A DNA stretch of 64,000 bases from Candidatus Woesebacteria bacterium (GTDB lineage: Bacteria; Patescibacteriota; Microgenomatia; UBA8517): assembly GCA_020060845.1 (NCBI GenBank), contig JAGUZK010000017.1:23935-87934 (forward strand). The letters are read 5' to 3'. The notes beneath the pieces were generated by a model. The model had not been told where the DNA came from, searched no databases, and worked only from the letters and a program-made list of their open reading frames with translations. The position numbers and the translations under genes are program-made. Shown in pieces: positions 20,419 through 30,924 of the stretch. Each line of letters begins with the position of its first letter. The first letter of the stretch is position 1.

Positions 20419-21780
20419 TCAGTTATTTCTAACCATAATATCTACATTATCAACTCTATCAACAACTTTATAATATCTCTCAACATATGAAGATATCCTA
20501 GGCATACTTTCTATCAGATTGATGCCAGATACTGTCGCATACTTGTCCCTAAGGACAACCTTTGGTGGATCAATCATCAATCCCAAAAGTATCTTATCCT
20601 CAGCAACCTTCATAAACCATGGGAACTGAAACACAAATACATTCCCTGGGGGCAGTGTGTTTGTTAGATAGTATATATGAGGAGTAGTCCCAAAAGAAAA
20701 CACTTTCCCCCCATCTCGATAGTAATTTGCCTTTGCTGTCAAACTACGCTCAAATTCCCCAAAAAAGTATACCTCTCTTCCAAGATTTTGGCGAATCATA
20801 TAAATGCAAAAAAAGACACTTCCCACAATAAAAGCGCCAAGAAAAAAGGGGTAAATTTTATTTTGGCTAGAGGTATATACTGCCCCAATCACAGCAAATG
20901 GCAAAGCAGGCTGTAAATGCACATAATCAAACCTTGCAAACGCAAAAAAAAGTGATCCAAGAAAAAATATTAAAAGAAGATAAAAAAACTTATCAATCTT
21001 AAGATGTCTCCTCCATAATATAGAAAAGATCCAAGGAAGAACTACAGGCAAGACTTTCAAAAGCTCAACTATCTGTGGCGCCTTCCTTCCCATGCGCGCG
21101 AAGGTAGTAATATTGAAAATAAAACTCCAATAATAAAAATCTCTCCAGATTCCCAACAAAACCACCCACATTAGCAAAAAGGCTACTGGGAGTAAAATCC
21201 CAACCAAGAACTCTTTAAGAACCTTTCTGCTTCTTATCCCAATAGATAAATAAACGATCAACATCCCAACAAGAGGTAGGGAAGTCTGTTTCAAAATTAA
21301 TGTCAAGCCCATCATCAAACCACCCAGTTTGGCGTATCCAGATCTATTAAAGCCTATCCCCTGAACTAAAAAATAAAATGCCCAGAGAAGAGCAGTTTGA
21401 GCAAAAGAATCTATCCAAAGTACATACCCTTCCAGAGGCGGCTGCCAAAGTAAAAAAAGAACATTGCCTACCAGCCTAAGTCCTGGTTTCTTTACCAAAA
21501 CTCCACAAATTTTACTTATTGCAACATGGCTTAAGACAACGAGTAAATAAAGCAACACTCGCATTTCCCAAACCTCATCTATACCCAAAGTAGCGAGGTT
21601 TACGGGAAAAAAGAATACACCAGGAAAGTGCTGATCGATAATTTGTTTGTAAGGGACAAGACCAGATTTAGTCAGAAAAGAATACACAAAAATCTCCGGG
21701 TACGGAAAAAACTTCATAAGCGAAAGAATGGCCACGTGGGTAATAATAACTAGCGTCAATAAAAATTTATACTTCTTCAT
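20419..21780 (-). CDS. Polytopic membrane protein, GT-C-like (possible membrane glycosyltransferase)
   Basis: 453 aa with about 12 TM helices and a hydrophilic C-terminal domain of about 90 aa. Sits in the glycosylation locus next to an ArnT-like gene. Confidence 0.35.
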   Translation of the reverse strand: MKKYKFLLTLVIITHVAILSLMKFFPYPEIFVYSFLTKSGLVPYKQIIDQHFPGVFFFPVNLATLGIDEVWEMRVLLYLLVVLSHVAISKICGVLVKKPGLRLVGNVLFLLWQPPLEGYVLWIDSFAQTALLWAFYFLVQGIGFNRSGYAKLGGLMMGLTLILKQTSLPLVGMLIVYLSIGIRSRKVLKEFLVGILLPVAFLLMWVVLLGIWRDFYYWSFIFNITTFARMGRKAPQIVELLKVLPVVLPWIFSILWRRHLKIDKFFYLLLIFFLGSLFFAFARFDYVHLQPALPFAVIGAVYTSSQNKIYPFFLGAFIVGSVFFCIYMIRQNLGREVYFFGEFERSLTAKANYYRDGGKVFSFGTTPHIYYLTNTLPPGNVFVFQFPWFMKVAEDKILLGLMIDPPKVVLRDKYATVSGINLIESMPRISSYVERYYKVVDRVDNVDIMVRNN

Positions 21781-23243
21781 CTTACAAAGTGATAAATAAA
21801 CCCAACTCCATTAAAATTATATATTTGATCCAAGGTGAAATCTTCCTCAATTGTCTTTCTGACATAACCATTAGGGTCAGACAAACTGCTAAGATACTCA
21901 AAATAAAAGACCCCACCTTTAGAAGAAACCAATTCTCTAGTAATAGATAACGATTCCCCAGTTGCCAATATTGAATCTGCTCCCCCAAATGAAAAATTGT
22001 TCGTAGCATACCAGCGGTAGGGAGCAAACGGCTCCGGATAGCTAAATATTACTACTTCATCCGCCTTTGCACTTCTCTCAATAAAGTGGACTGCAGATTT
22101 CCAATCCTCCCTGTGATTTGTTCTGTCGAAATAATATATTCCAAGTGATAAAAGGTTGATAAGTATAAAACCTAATAGGAAAACAACAACATTTCTTTTA
22201 TTTTTGAATTCCTTAAGTCCACTAACCAGAAGCCCATAAAAGCCAGGGAGTATAAATACCATCCTAAAGTAGTTAAAAACTGGAATAACGAAGGACAACA
22301 ACAAGCTAAGCACAAGGGGGATGGTAAACCAATAAAGATAATAATTCTTGGTTATCTTTCCCACCATTGCTTTTCCAAACACAACAATAAAGGGCAGAGA
22401 ACAAATAAACACCAAAAAATAATATAAAAGCTTCACCTGGAGGGTAATCCTGCCTAGAACATATTTCATCCAAAGTAGTGCTATCTGCTTAATGCTCACA
22501 CCCCCTGAAACTCTCGCCCAGGAAGGAACAGTCTCAAGCAACCATCTTCCTCCCCCCAACTGATGTAAAAAATTCGGAACCCAAAAGCCAAAAAACAAAA
22601 TTGAAGGGAAAAACGAAATAAAAAAAAGTAACCACCACTTTTTTTCTCTAACAGAGACAGAAGCATATACTAAAAAAGTGAAAAACATAAGAACCGGTAA
22701 GTAATCCGTCATAATAAGCAAAGCATTGGATAGTGAAAATCCTATCCAACTTCCAAGTGATCCATTTTTTAAAGTTTTTATAAAAAAATAGGAAGATAAA
22801 CTCACCAAGAAAATACTCATTGAATACATCCTTGCTTCCTGCGAATAATAGACATGAATTTGAGAAGTGGCCAAAAGAAAAGCAATAGCTAAGGCCCAAT
22901 TTCTATCAGCACTGATATAACTCTCAATTTTATAGACAAGATAAATAGTAAGTATCGCAAAAACAACAGATGGAAACCTAAGGGCCACCTCACTGTAACC
23001 AGAAATTGAAGTCCAGAATTTCAACAATAAATAATAAAGAGGTGGATGATTATCCACCTTTGCAAAACTGTTTAGAATTTCGCCAACCGAAAGATCTCGC
23101 GCTGCCAAGGCTCCTATTGCCTCATCAAGCCAAAGTGATTGATCAAGGTTGATAAGCCTTAATATTAAGGCAACCATTATAACTAACAGCATAAAATATT
23201 TACTACCAATTAATCGATTAATCGATTGAAGTATAAAACTCAT
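21777..23243 (-). CDS. GT-C fold membrane glycosyltransferase, ArnT/PMT-like
   Basis: 488 aa with an N-terminal LINLDQSLWLDEAIGALAARD motif (acidic DE loop after TM1, as in ArnT/PMT). About 11 TM helices, then a C-terminal periplasmic domain. Confidence 0.55.
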   Translation of the reverse strand: MSFILQSINRLIGSKYFMLLVIMVALILRLINLDQSLWLDEAIGALAARDLSVGEILNSFAKVDNHPPLYYLLLKFWTSISGYSEVALRFPSVVFAILTIYLVYKIESYISADRNWALAIAFLLATSQIHVYYSQEARMYSMSIFLVSLSSYFFIKTLKNGSLGSWIGFSLSNALLIMTDYLPVLMFFTFLVYASVSVREKKWWLLFFISFFPSILFFGFWVPNFLHQLGGGRWLLETVPSWARVSGGVSIKQIALLWMKYVLGRITLQVKLLYYFLVFICSLPFIVVFGKAMVGKITKNYYLYWFTIPLVLSLLLSFVIPVFNYFRMVFILPGFYGLLVSGLKEFKNKRNVVVFLLGFILINLLSLGIYYFDRTNHREDWKSAVHFIERSAKADEVVIFSYPEPFAPYRWYATNNFSFGGADSILATGESLSITRELVSSKGGVFYFEYLSSLSDPNGYVRKTIEEDFTLDQIYNFNGVGFIYHFVR

Positions 23244-24070
23244 ATTGACCTCAAAAAACTTGAGACTGGGACTATTTTATTTTTCTCGATTGCCTGATCC
23301 CAAGAAAAAAATGCAACTCCTGCTGATGGTAGTTTAACAGCCTCCCTGACTTCTTTTTGAATTTCATTAACCGTAAGCTTATCCTCCAGATAATCGGGCA
23401 TATCCTTAAGCTGAACAATTGGAATAATTTCAGCTTTGATTCCAAGCTTAAAAAGATATTGACTATACTCAGAAATGTAAGATACCGGCTTACCAATCAT
23501 TCTGTGATAAAGCATTGGAGAGACAGAATCAAAGACCTCCCCAAGTTTTTTATGGTCCTGGCCCAAAACATCAGCTATCCAACTACAATCTTCCATCTTG
23601 AAAGGGACAGCAAAATATCCAGTTTTGGTCTGGCTTGTTACCGCCCCCAAGGCCCGATTTGCAAGCGCCAATATTAACTGTGACCTATCTCTTCCCTTAC
23701 AATACTGGCACTCCTTATGAAAGCCCAAATTTTCTTTACTGGGATCTTCCCAGTGTCCCTCAAACCTTAAATGGTCAAACCAAATAATATCTGGTTTATA
23801 CTTACAAGCACTCTTGATTTTAGTTATTAGAAAGTCAAATGCTACATCTGAAGCGGGACAGACATCTCCTCCAGGAAGCGAAGTAAAAGAAATTCCCTTC
23901 CAACTAAAACACCTTTTAATCTGACTCCACCTAGACCGATTAAGTCTCTCTAAAGCGGCTATTACCCCATCCGCTTTTGGCAGCAAAAGCTCGCTATCGG
24001 TAAAATCACGAAACTTATACTCCAAAAAAAGTATCTTCATCGAACCTCTTTTGACCATATCTTTACCCAT
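23240..24070 (-). CDS. Hypothetical soluble protein (possibly glycoside-hydrolase-like/TIM-barrel)
   Basis: 276 aa with no TM helices. Only weak, non-diagnostic motifs (DIIWFDHLRFEGHWEDP). Embedded in the locus. Confidence 0.35.
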   Translation of the reverse strand: MGKDMVKRGSMKILFLEYKFRDFTDSELLLPKADGVIAALERLNRSRWSQIKRCFSWKGISFTSLPGGDVCPASDVAFDFLITKIKSACKYKPDIIWFDHLRFEGHWEDPSKENLGFHKECQYCKGRDRSQLILALANRALGAVTSQTKTGYFAVPFKMEDCSWIADVLGQDHKKLGEVFDSVSPMLYHRMIGKPVSYISEYSQYLFKLGIKAEIIPIVQLKDMPDYLEDKLTVNEIQKEVREAVKLPSAGVAFFSWDQAIEKNKIVPVSSFLRSI

Positions 24071-24795
24071 AAACTAAAATGATAAAATGCCATCAGGTAC
24101 GATAGAACAAAACCCCGCCAACCATCCAAAAACCCGAGTCGATAAAAATATCTCACGACAAAATTATAAGTCGGCTGGAAGAAAAGCTGTAAATAAGAAA
24201 ATTTAACTCCTCTTTCTAGCATCTGATCTGCCTCAAGCTCACTATAACGATTTATCATATCTAAAAATTCCGTTACAGTTTCATACTGGTGGTGGATCTT
24301 AGCCCCCTTTAATTTTCCAACTTCCCCGTCAACAACAACCTCCTCGTGAACACTTCCTACCCACTTGCCCTTATTTCTCCTCCAAAGCCAAATATGTCGA
24401 TCTAGCTCTGGTTGCCAGCGGGTGTAGCGAATAAACTTTCCAAAAATAATATTTTTTCTGGGAATCGAATAACCAACAATGTGAGTATCCCTGCCAGAAA
24501 TCACCTCTTTAATTTCACTGGCTAAGACTGGCTCAATTTCTTCATCTGCATCTAAAGACAAAATCCAATCTCCCGTTGCTTTACTTGCCGCATAATTTTT
24601 CTGGTTTGCATAGTTATCGAATTCTCTATGGTAGATCTTTGCTCCAAATCTTTTGGCAATCTCGACGGTTTTATCAGTACTTCCCGAATCGACAACAATT
24701 ATCTCATCAGCCAGCTCTCTCACTGATTCTAGACATCTAGGCAAGTCCTTTTCTTCATCTAAGGTTATTACCGTAACACTTAATCTTATACTCAT
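24037..24795 (-). CDS. Glycosyltransferase family 2 (LPS-core-type short GT2)
   Basis: LSVTVITLDEEKDLPRCLESV, VVDSGSTDKT, and LSLDADEE DxD motif. Confidence 0.8.
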   Translation of the reverse strand: MSIRLSVTVITLDEEKDLPRCLESVRELADEIIVVDSGSTDKTVEIAKRFGAKIYHREFDNYANQKNYAASKATGDWILSLDADEEIEPVLASEIKEVISGRDTHIVGYSIPRKNIIFGKFIRYTRWQPELDRHIWLWRRNKGKWVGSVHEEVVVDGEVGKLKGAKIHHQYETVTEFLDMINRYSELEADQMLERGVKFSYLQLFFQPTYNFVVRYFYRLGFLDGWRGFVLSYLMAFYHFSLWVKIWSKEVR

Positions 24796-24831
24796 AATTC
24801 GCGTCTATTTATCAAACACTCAAAAATGTAA

Positions 24832-25926
24832 CTAATTATCGCATTCGCCAATGAGTTCTTTAAATATCTTTTCATACTTTTCCGCAACCTTCTCCCAACT
24901 AAACTTCTCGGCTTGCTTTCTGGGTTTGCCCTCCCAATCAATATTTAAGGCTCTTTGGATAGCTTGTGCATACGAATCAATGTCTGTTGGATCCACCAAT
25001 ATTCCAGCATTTCCAACAATTTCCTTTCTAATCGGATCATCATTTACAACAACAGGTAATCCTGATGCTAAAGCTTCAAGTAGAACCATCTCAAAAGAGT
25101 AATATGGAGCTGTTGCTGACACAAAGACATCACACGACCTATAAACCAAGGGCATTTTTTCAAAACCAACTTTTATAATCTTAAACCTTTCCCCAAGCAA
25201 TTCCTTTCCTAACTTTTCCAATTCTTTTCTTAAGACTCCATCACCAACCACACACAAACTAAAATCCTTTAGCTTTGCAACTGCCCTTATAACCAAATCA
25301 ATTCTCTTTCCCGCTTCCAAGGCTCCAACAGACAAAACAATTGGTCGCGTTAAACCCAAATCAATTCTTCTTCCTTGGGGTGTAAACTTTCCCAAATCAA
25401 CACCATTTGGTATATATTCTACTCTAACAATGGGGTTTACTTTCTTTGCCCAGTTTTTGGCGTGCGTTGAAAGTGCTACAAAGCAGTCAGGAAAACACCA
25501 AAGATTATTTCTGTCATCCCAACCAATTCCCGAGTGGCCAACAACGACCATTTTCTTGTGGTTAAACCAAGTAAAAATTCTCATGAAAGCAGACTGCCAA
25601 CCTCCGTTTGTTGGAATAACAATATCAAACTTCTGCCTCCATAAAAACTTAAGTATTTTTATTGTAAAAAAAGCAATCTTAAGGCTTCTGTAATCCAAAA
25701 AGATTCTTCGTAAAAATGTTCCCTGCAATTCAGAAATCTTCCAATTAACAGCTGTGTTTGTAGAAAAAACTTTATAATTTTTTAGATCTTTACTCTTGTC
25801 GACTGGTCCTCCTTGAACAATCCAAATTTCATTCCCTCTTGATAAATAATTGGCAAGTTGATGTGCCCAAGTTTCTGCTCCTCTTTCCCAATAACCTGAA
25901 TAAAAGGATAAAATCGCTATTTTCAT
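24832..25926 (-). CDS. Glycosyltransferase family 4
   Basis: GT-B fold with a C-terminal YSFEMVLLEALASGLPVVVNDDPIRKEI motif. Confidence 0.8.
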   Translation of the reverse strand: MKIAILSFYSGYWERGAETWAHQLANYLSRGNEIWIVQGGPVDKSKDLKNYKVFSTNTAVNWKISELQGTFLRRIFLDYRSLKIAFFTIKILKFLWRQKFDIVIPTNGGWQSAFMRIFTWFNHKKMVVVGHSGIGWDDRNNLWCFPDCFVALSTHAKNWAKKVNPIVRVEYIPNGVDLGKFTPQGRRIDLGLTRPIVLSVGALEAGKRIDLVIRAVAKLKDFSLCVVGDGVLRKELEKLGKELLGERFKIIKVGFEKMPLVYRSCDVFVSATAPYYSFEMVLLEALASGLPVVVNDDPIRKEIVGNAGILVDPTDIDSYAQAIQRALNIDWEGKPRKQAEKFSWEKVAEKYEKIFKELIGECDN

Positions 25927-25955
25927 CAGTCATAATTATCTCAAACTAAAATCCC

Positions 25956-26660
25956 TTAGTCCACAAATCGATACTTGACCAATGTCCAAAAAGCTACAAT
26001 TCCATCCTTCCAGGTAATTTTTTTGCCTTCATCGTACCCACGAGGGTTAACCTTAATCGGCACTTCATAAATCTTAAACCCTTTCTTCAGAAGCTTTGCG
26101 GTTATTTCTGGCTCAAAATCAAATCCTTTGGCTTTAATTTCTATTCCCGACAAAATACTACTAAGAAAAACCTTGTAACCTGTCTCCATATCCGAAACGT
26201 TTTTGCCAAAAAGAATATTTGTAATAAAACTTAAAAACTTATTGCCTAGGTAGTGTGTAATAAGCGGCGTTCTTTTTTTGCCCAAAATTTTTAGTGGATA
26301 ATTTTTCAATCTAGTACCGTAGACAACCTTAGCCTTCCCTTTTAGTATCGGTTCAATAATGTGTGGAATATACTTGGGGTCGTATTCAAGATCAGCATCC
26401 TGAATGAGAATAAAATCACCTTTTGAATTCCTAATCCCTGTCAAAACAGCAGCTCCTTTGCCAAAATTTTTGTTGTGGGAAACATACTTGATACCTTTTA
26501 TATTTTTAATAATTTTGGGGGTGGAATCAGTAGAACCATCATCTATAACTATTATTTCTTTAATAAGATTTTTAGGAAGCCTTATCTTCTGAACCTTTTT
26601 AATAATTTTTGCAACAGTCTTTTCCTCGTTATAAGCCGGAATGATTATTGAAAGCAACAT
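25956..26660 (-). CDS. GT2 polyprenyl-phosphate glycosyltransferase (DPM1/GtrB-like, soluble form)
   Basis: MLLSIIIPAYNEEKTV, IDDGSTDST, and LIQDADLEYDP. Short (234 aa), DPM1-like architecture. Confidence 0.7.
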   Translation of the reverse strand: MLLSIIIPAYNEEKTVAKIIKKVQKIRLPKNLIKEIIVIDDGSTDSTPKIIKNIKGIKYVSHNKNFGKGAAVLTGIRNSKGDFILIQDADLEYDPKYIPHIIEPILKGKAKVVYGTRLKNYPLKILGKKRTPLITHYLGNKFLSFITNILFGKNVSDMETGYKVFLSSILSGIEIKAKGFDFEPEITAKLLKKGFKIYEVPIKVNPRGYDEGKKITWKDGIVAFWTLVKYRFVD

Positions 26661-26661
26661 T

Positions 26662-27348
26662 TTATTTATATGCAGTAGCTAAAACAGACAGCCCAAAAGG
26701 AGGACTAATAAATTTCTCGGGAAAAAGAAATACTTTTCCAAGTAAATCAAAAATCCTTAGTGACTTATCAGGAAGACTTTTTCTACGACCAAGTTTCATC
26801 AATAAAAACCACCCGATTGCAGCCCACCAATTAAGATACCTTACAGACACCTCTTTAAATCCAGCTAGCAAAAGCTTATCTTTCAGAGCATCCTTGCTAT
26901 ATCTCCTAAAATGTCCAATTTTCTGATCAAACCCGCTCATTAAAAAATTATGAGCGGGTACTATCAAAACCAAACTTCCACCACTGCTCAAAAGCTTAAA
27001 TATGTTTTTCAGGGCCCGACTATCATCTTTAATATGCTCCAGTACATTAAAACAAAAAACACTGTCAAACTTCCTCCTGCCAAAAAAATAGCTTCCTTTT
27101 TCTATATCACCGAAACCAAATTTAGCTTTACCCTTATATTTCGAATTTAGCCTTTGCATTGACTTACCATCAACGTCAATTCCAAAGACCTCTCCGCAAG
27201 TTAGCAAAAAAGGCGTAAAATTTCCTATTCCACAACCAACATCCAAGATTCGACCCCCAATCCTACTTTTGACCTGTGAAAAAAGCCACCTGTTATACCA
27301 AGAAGCCAATGCCATAGTCTCGAGAGTTTTGTAGGCTATATTTTTCAT
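26662..27348 (-). CDS. Class I SAM-dependent methyltransferase
   Basis: Motif I ILDVGCGIGNF, with post-I acidic and motif II (DSVFCFNVLEHI) regions. Confidence 0.8.
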   Translation of the reverse strand: MKNIAYKTLETMALASWYNRWLFSQVKSRIGGRILDVGCGIGNFTPFLLTCGEVFGIDVDGKSMQRLNSKYKGKAKFGFGDIEKGSYFFGRRKFDSVFCFNVLEHIKDDSRALKNIFKLLSSGGSLVLIVPAHNFLMSGFDQKIGHFRRYSKDALKDKLLLAGFKEVSVRYLNWWAAIGWFLLMKLGRRKSLPDKSLRIFDLLGKVFLFPEKFISPPFGLSVLATAYK

Positions 27349-27381
27349 TGTTAGTAATTATACCCCGAAGAAGTATTAAAT

Positions 27382-27419
27382 GTTGATAAAAACAATTCTA
27401 TAAAGCATTATTATTATAT
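27382..27419 (+). promoter_or_regulatory. Candidate sigma70-like promoter for asnB (TTGATA -35, 17-bp spacer, AT-rich -10 immediately upstream of ATG)
   Basis: ttgata at 27382-27387, then aaaacaattctataaag, then cattattattatattaa directly abutting the ATG at 27423. This suggests a very short or absent leader. Pattern-based only. Confidence 0.2.
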
Positions 27420-27422
27420 TAA

Positions 27423-29309
27423 ATGTGTGGAATTGCTGGAAAGGTTTATTTAAACCGCGGAGAAATCACCAATAAGGAGATGACGGAAATGGCCCAGAAA
27501 ATCGCTCACAGAGGGCCAGATGATCAAGGTATATATATTTCCGAAGATAAAAGGATTGGTTTGGTAAACCGCAGGCTGGCAATCATAGACCTAACCCCCA
27601 AAGGACACCAACCAATGAACTTTGCGAATAAGTACTGGATTACATTTAACGGCGAAATCTACAATTTCTTATCCGAAAGAGTAATCCTTGAAAAGGAGGG
27701 TTACCGCTTCAGCTCTGGAACCGACACTGAAGTTCTTCTTGCTCTATATGATAAATATGGAATAGCGTGTCTTAAACACCTTCGAGGGATGTTTGCATTT
27801 GCAATTTACGATAAACAAAAAAATATATTATTTTTAGCAAGGGACAGAATTGGGAAAAAACCTCTCAAATACTACTTTGATGGAAACACTTTCATATTTG
27901 CCTCCGAACTAAAAGCAATATTAACCCAAAAGGAAGTTAAAAAAATTCCTGATTATGAGGCAATTTACCACTACCTAACATTTGGGTATGTGATTCCACC
28001 CAAAACAGGTTTTATCGGAATAAACAAACTAGAACCAGGAAACTATCTAACTCTTGACATAAAGAAGGGAAAAATAAAAAAAGAGTGCTATTGGATGCCC
28101 AACTTCACCCCAAAACTAGATCTGACAGAACAAGAATGGAAAGAAAAAATTTTAGATGAGCTTTCAACGGCCACAAGACTAAGACTTATTTCTGATGTTC
28201 CCATAGGAGCCTTCTTATCGGGCGGTGTTGACTCAAGCGCCATTGTTGCTCTAATGGCCAAATACTCCCCAAAGCCCATCCGAACTTTTACAATTGGTTT
28301 TAGGGAAAAAGCATTCGACGAATCCCCTTATGCAAAAAAAATATCGCAAATCTACTCAACCGATCACACCCAAATAATTGCAAACCCCGAAAGTATAGAA
28401 ATACTACCACAACTTGTCTATCAATATGAGGAACCATACGCCGATGCAAGCGCAATTGTAACCTATATGGTAAGTAGGCTTGCCAAAAAATATGTAACGG
28501 TTATTCTAAACGGAGACGGCGGTGATGAAAATTTCGCAGGTTACGATAGATACCGCAGAATTGCAAGGGATACCTTTTTTGATAACTTTCGAGACATTAT
28601 TACACCAATCGCAGTACCAATTACCTCTCTAATGGAAAAAGCTCTCCTCCCCCGGAACTTCTGGGTAAGGTCAAAAAAATTTTTAGTAAAATCTAAACTT
28701 CCTTTATCGGATAGATTTGTTTCTTATATAGAGTATTTTAATAACAAAGAAAAAGATGTTCTGGTAGAAGATAAGTTGAAAGCTGATATTGCTAAGGTTG
28801 ATTCTTACCAAATTGTCAGAAAAGTTTTCAATAATTTGGGTACAATAGATCCTGCTGACAAGGCCTTATTTTGGGACTTGAGGTACTATTTACCAGAGGA
28901 CTTGCTAGTCAAAGTAGATATAGCAAGTATGAGCGTTGGTCTTGAAGCGCGATCACCCTTCACCGATCACAAGGTAGTAGAACTTGCCTGTCAAATTCCT
29001 TTTAACCTCAAGGTTAAGAACTTTAGGGAAAACAAGTATATTCTTAAAAAAGCATTAGAAGGAATAGTACCCCCTGAAAACTTATATAGGAAAAAAGTGG
29101 GTTTTAGTATTCCGCTTCATAGGTGGTTTACAGGAAAGCTTAATCTTTATGCCAAAGACAAACTTCTCTCAAAAAATACAAAAGTTTTATCTTTCTTGAA
29201 AAGAGACCGCATAAGACAAATGCTTGACACACACACTGAAAAAAGCGATTTTGGCCCTAAGCTATGGTCAATCTTGACCTTGGAGCTTTGGATGAGAAGT
29301 TATTTCTAA
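27423..29309 (+). CDS. asnB: Asparagine synthetase (glutamine-hydrolysing) family amidotransferase, AsnB/WbpS-like
   Basis: 628 aa. Begins MCGIAG (N-terminal nucleophile Cys2 of the class II glutamine amidotransferase domain). Contains the SGGVDSS PP-loop ATP pyrophosphatase motif in the synthetase domain. The only plus-strand gene in the window. Confidence 0.9.
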   Translation: MCGIAGKVYLNRGEITNKEMTEMAQKIAHRGPDDQGIYISEDKRIGLVNRRLAIIDLTPKGHQPMNFANKYWITFNGEIYNFLSERVILEKEGYRFSSGTDTEVLLALYDKYGIACLKHLRGMFAFAIYDKQKNILFLARDRIGKKPLKYYFDGNTFIFASELKAILTQKEVKKIPDYEAIYHYLTFGYVIPPKTGFIGINKLEPGNYLTLDIKKGKIKKECYWMPNFTPKLDLTEQEWKEKILDELSTATRLRLISDVPIGAFLSGGVDSSAIVALMAKYSPKPIRTFTIGFREKAFDESPYAKKISQIYSTDHTQIIANPESIEILPQLVYQYEEPYADASAIVTYMVSRLAKKYVTVILNGDGGDENFAGYDRYRRIARDTFFDNFRDIITPIAVPITSLMEKALLPRNFWVRSKKFLVKSKLPLSDRFVSYIEYFNNKEKDVLVEDKLKADIAKVDSYQIVRKVFNNLGTIDPADKALFWDLRYYLPEDLLVKVDIASMSVGLEARSPFTDHKVVELACQIPFNLKVKNFRENKYILKKALEGIVPPENLYRKKVGFSIPLHRWFTGKLNLYAKDKLLSKNTKVLSFLKRDRIRQMLDTHTEKSDFGPKLWSILTLELWMRSYF

Positions 29310-30916
29310 TTAAACTTGTTATACTCCTTTTGGATATTTTCCAATAACTGGTCGCTATACCATCTCTGACTGTTATCAAGTATGGTGGCTGATATTTTAC
29401 CTTGACTTAGACTATTTAAAAATCTTTCACCAAATGAGTTTTGAACAACTGGATTTCCCGTCTCGTGAATTATAACAATATGCTTTCCATCTGGTTGATC
29501 GGGATCATAAGGAAACAGTCCGTGAGAGCGGTATATCCAATCCCAACCCCAGTTTAGATAACTTCTCTGAACCTTTAATCCCATACTTCCTAAAAGATAA
29601 ATCCAACCACCATCAGTAATATCGCGATTCCCAAAAACGTAAACCGAAGAATCTCTTAATGATACATTATCTGCCAGCTTCTCAAGAAAAACTATCTTAT
29701 CTCTTGTCGGATATGTAACAGTAGAGTTTACTAAGGTATTGATATTTGCTAATAATAAAAAGCAAAAAAAGATATAAATAAACTTCTGTAACCCAAGCTT
29801 GGATATGAAAAATAAACCCTCAGAAATTATCAATACAACTGCGGGAAAAGTAACTACATAATAGTGCTGATGTACAGAATATTTCAAAAGATAAGAATAA
29901 AAAGATATACCGAACAAAAAAGAGAATAAAACAAAATAAGGGGAAATGAATTTTTTAATTTCAACAGGCTTAAGAACCGACCTTTTTACAACTAAGTACC
30001 AAATTGGTAACGATAAAAAAATTAACAAAATTACTTCTGTAAAATGATATCCCAACGGCTTTGGATACGAGTTTCTGTAATGAAAATACAGACTAATGTT
30101 TTCGGAAGGAGTTAAGAAAAAAAATCTAGTAAAATTTTGAAATATTGTGTCGACTGATAATGTACTTCTAAAATTATTACCTATAAGAGATTCCTCGGTG
30201 TTTCTAGAAAATATGTGTACAAAAAAGGGTCGGAAAACTGTTCCCGGATGTCTAATTTCAAATACCAAGATGGGAAGTATCGAAATTAAGACAAATAAAA
30301 AAGTGAACAAGTATTCTCTTTTGATTAAGGGCAGTCTGAAAACAATAAAAACCAAAAGCGAGCTTAACAATAGAACAGTTAAGGATGGGTCTGAATGCCA
30401 TGCAAATGTGGCTGGGAACAAGAGTAAAAATAAATATATAATTTTTTTTTCAACTAGTTTTACTGCTCCTATTATATGAATAACAGCAAGTAACGGATCT
30501 AAGGTCAAAGCCCACCATCTCCTATCAAATAAAGAAACAAGCGCTGATGTAGCGTAAAGAAAGCTTGCAATATAACCCAATCTTTTGTCCAGAATTATTT
30601 TTCCTGCAACATATACAAAATAGGTTGTAAAAACACCTAAAATTGAAGCAAAAAGGGACATTATGACAGGGCTACCCATAGTTAGATAAAACAGTGGAGC
30701 CGACAATAAATGAAAAAAGGATCCTATACTTGTCGAGAGCTGGGCATTTGGGACAACTAAGACCGGTTTTACTTCAACTATTTTTCTAACCAAAAAATAA
30801 AATATTTCCTCATCTCCTGAAAAATATTGAAACTGGTGGAATTTGTATAACCTAAAAAAAGCAGAAACCAGAAGAATAAAAATCAAGGTTGCATTTTTAC
30901 GAAAAAAAATCTTCAT
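29306..30916 (-). CDS. Polytopic membrane protein, GT-C-like
   Basis: 536 aa with about 12 TM helices in the N-terminal 400 aa, then a soluble C-terminal domain (about 130 aa). Converges on asnB with a 4-nt overlap. Confidence 0.35.
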   Translation of the reverse strand: MKIFFRKNATLIFILLVSAFFRLYKFHQFQYFSGDEEIFYFLVRKIVEVKPVLVVPNAQLSTSIGSFFHLLSAPLFYLTMGSPVIMSLFASILGVFTTYFVYVAGKIILDKRLGYIASFLYATSALVSLFDRRWWALTLDPLLAVIHIIGAVKLVEKKIIYLFLLLFPATFAWHSDPSLTVLLLSSLLVFIVFRLPLIKREYLFTFLFVLISILPILVFEIRHPGTVFRPFFVHIFSRNTEESLIGNNFRSTLSVDTIFQNFTRFFFLTPSENISLYFHYRNSYPKPLGYHFTEVILLIFLSLPIWYLVVKRSVLKPVEIKKFISPYFVLFSFLFGISFYSYLLKYSVHQHYYVVTFPAVVLIISEGLFFISKLGLQKFIYIFFCFLLLANINTLVNSTVTYPTRDKIVFLEKLADNVSLRDSSVYVFGNRDITDGGWIYLLGSMGLKVQRSYLNWGWDWIYRSHGLFPYDPDQPDGKHIVIIHETGNPVVQNSFGERFLNSLSQGKISATILDNSQRWYSDQLLENIQKEYNKFN

Positions 30917-30924
30917 TAGCTAAG

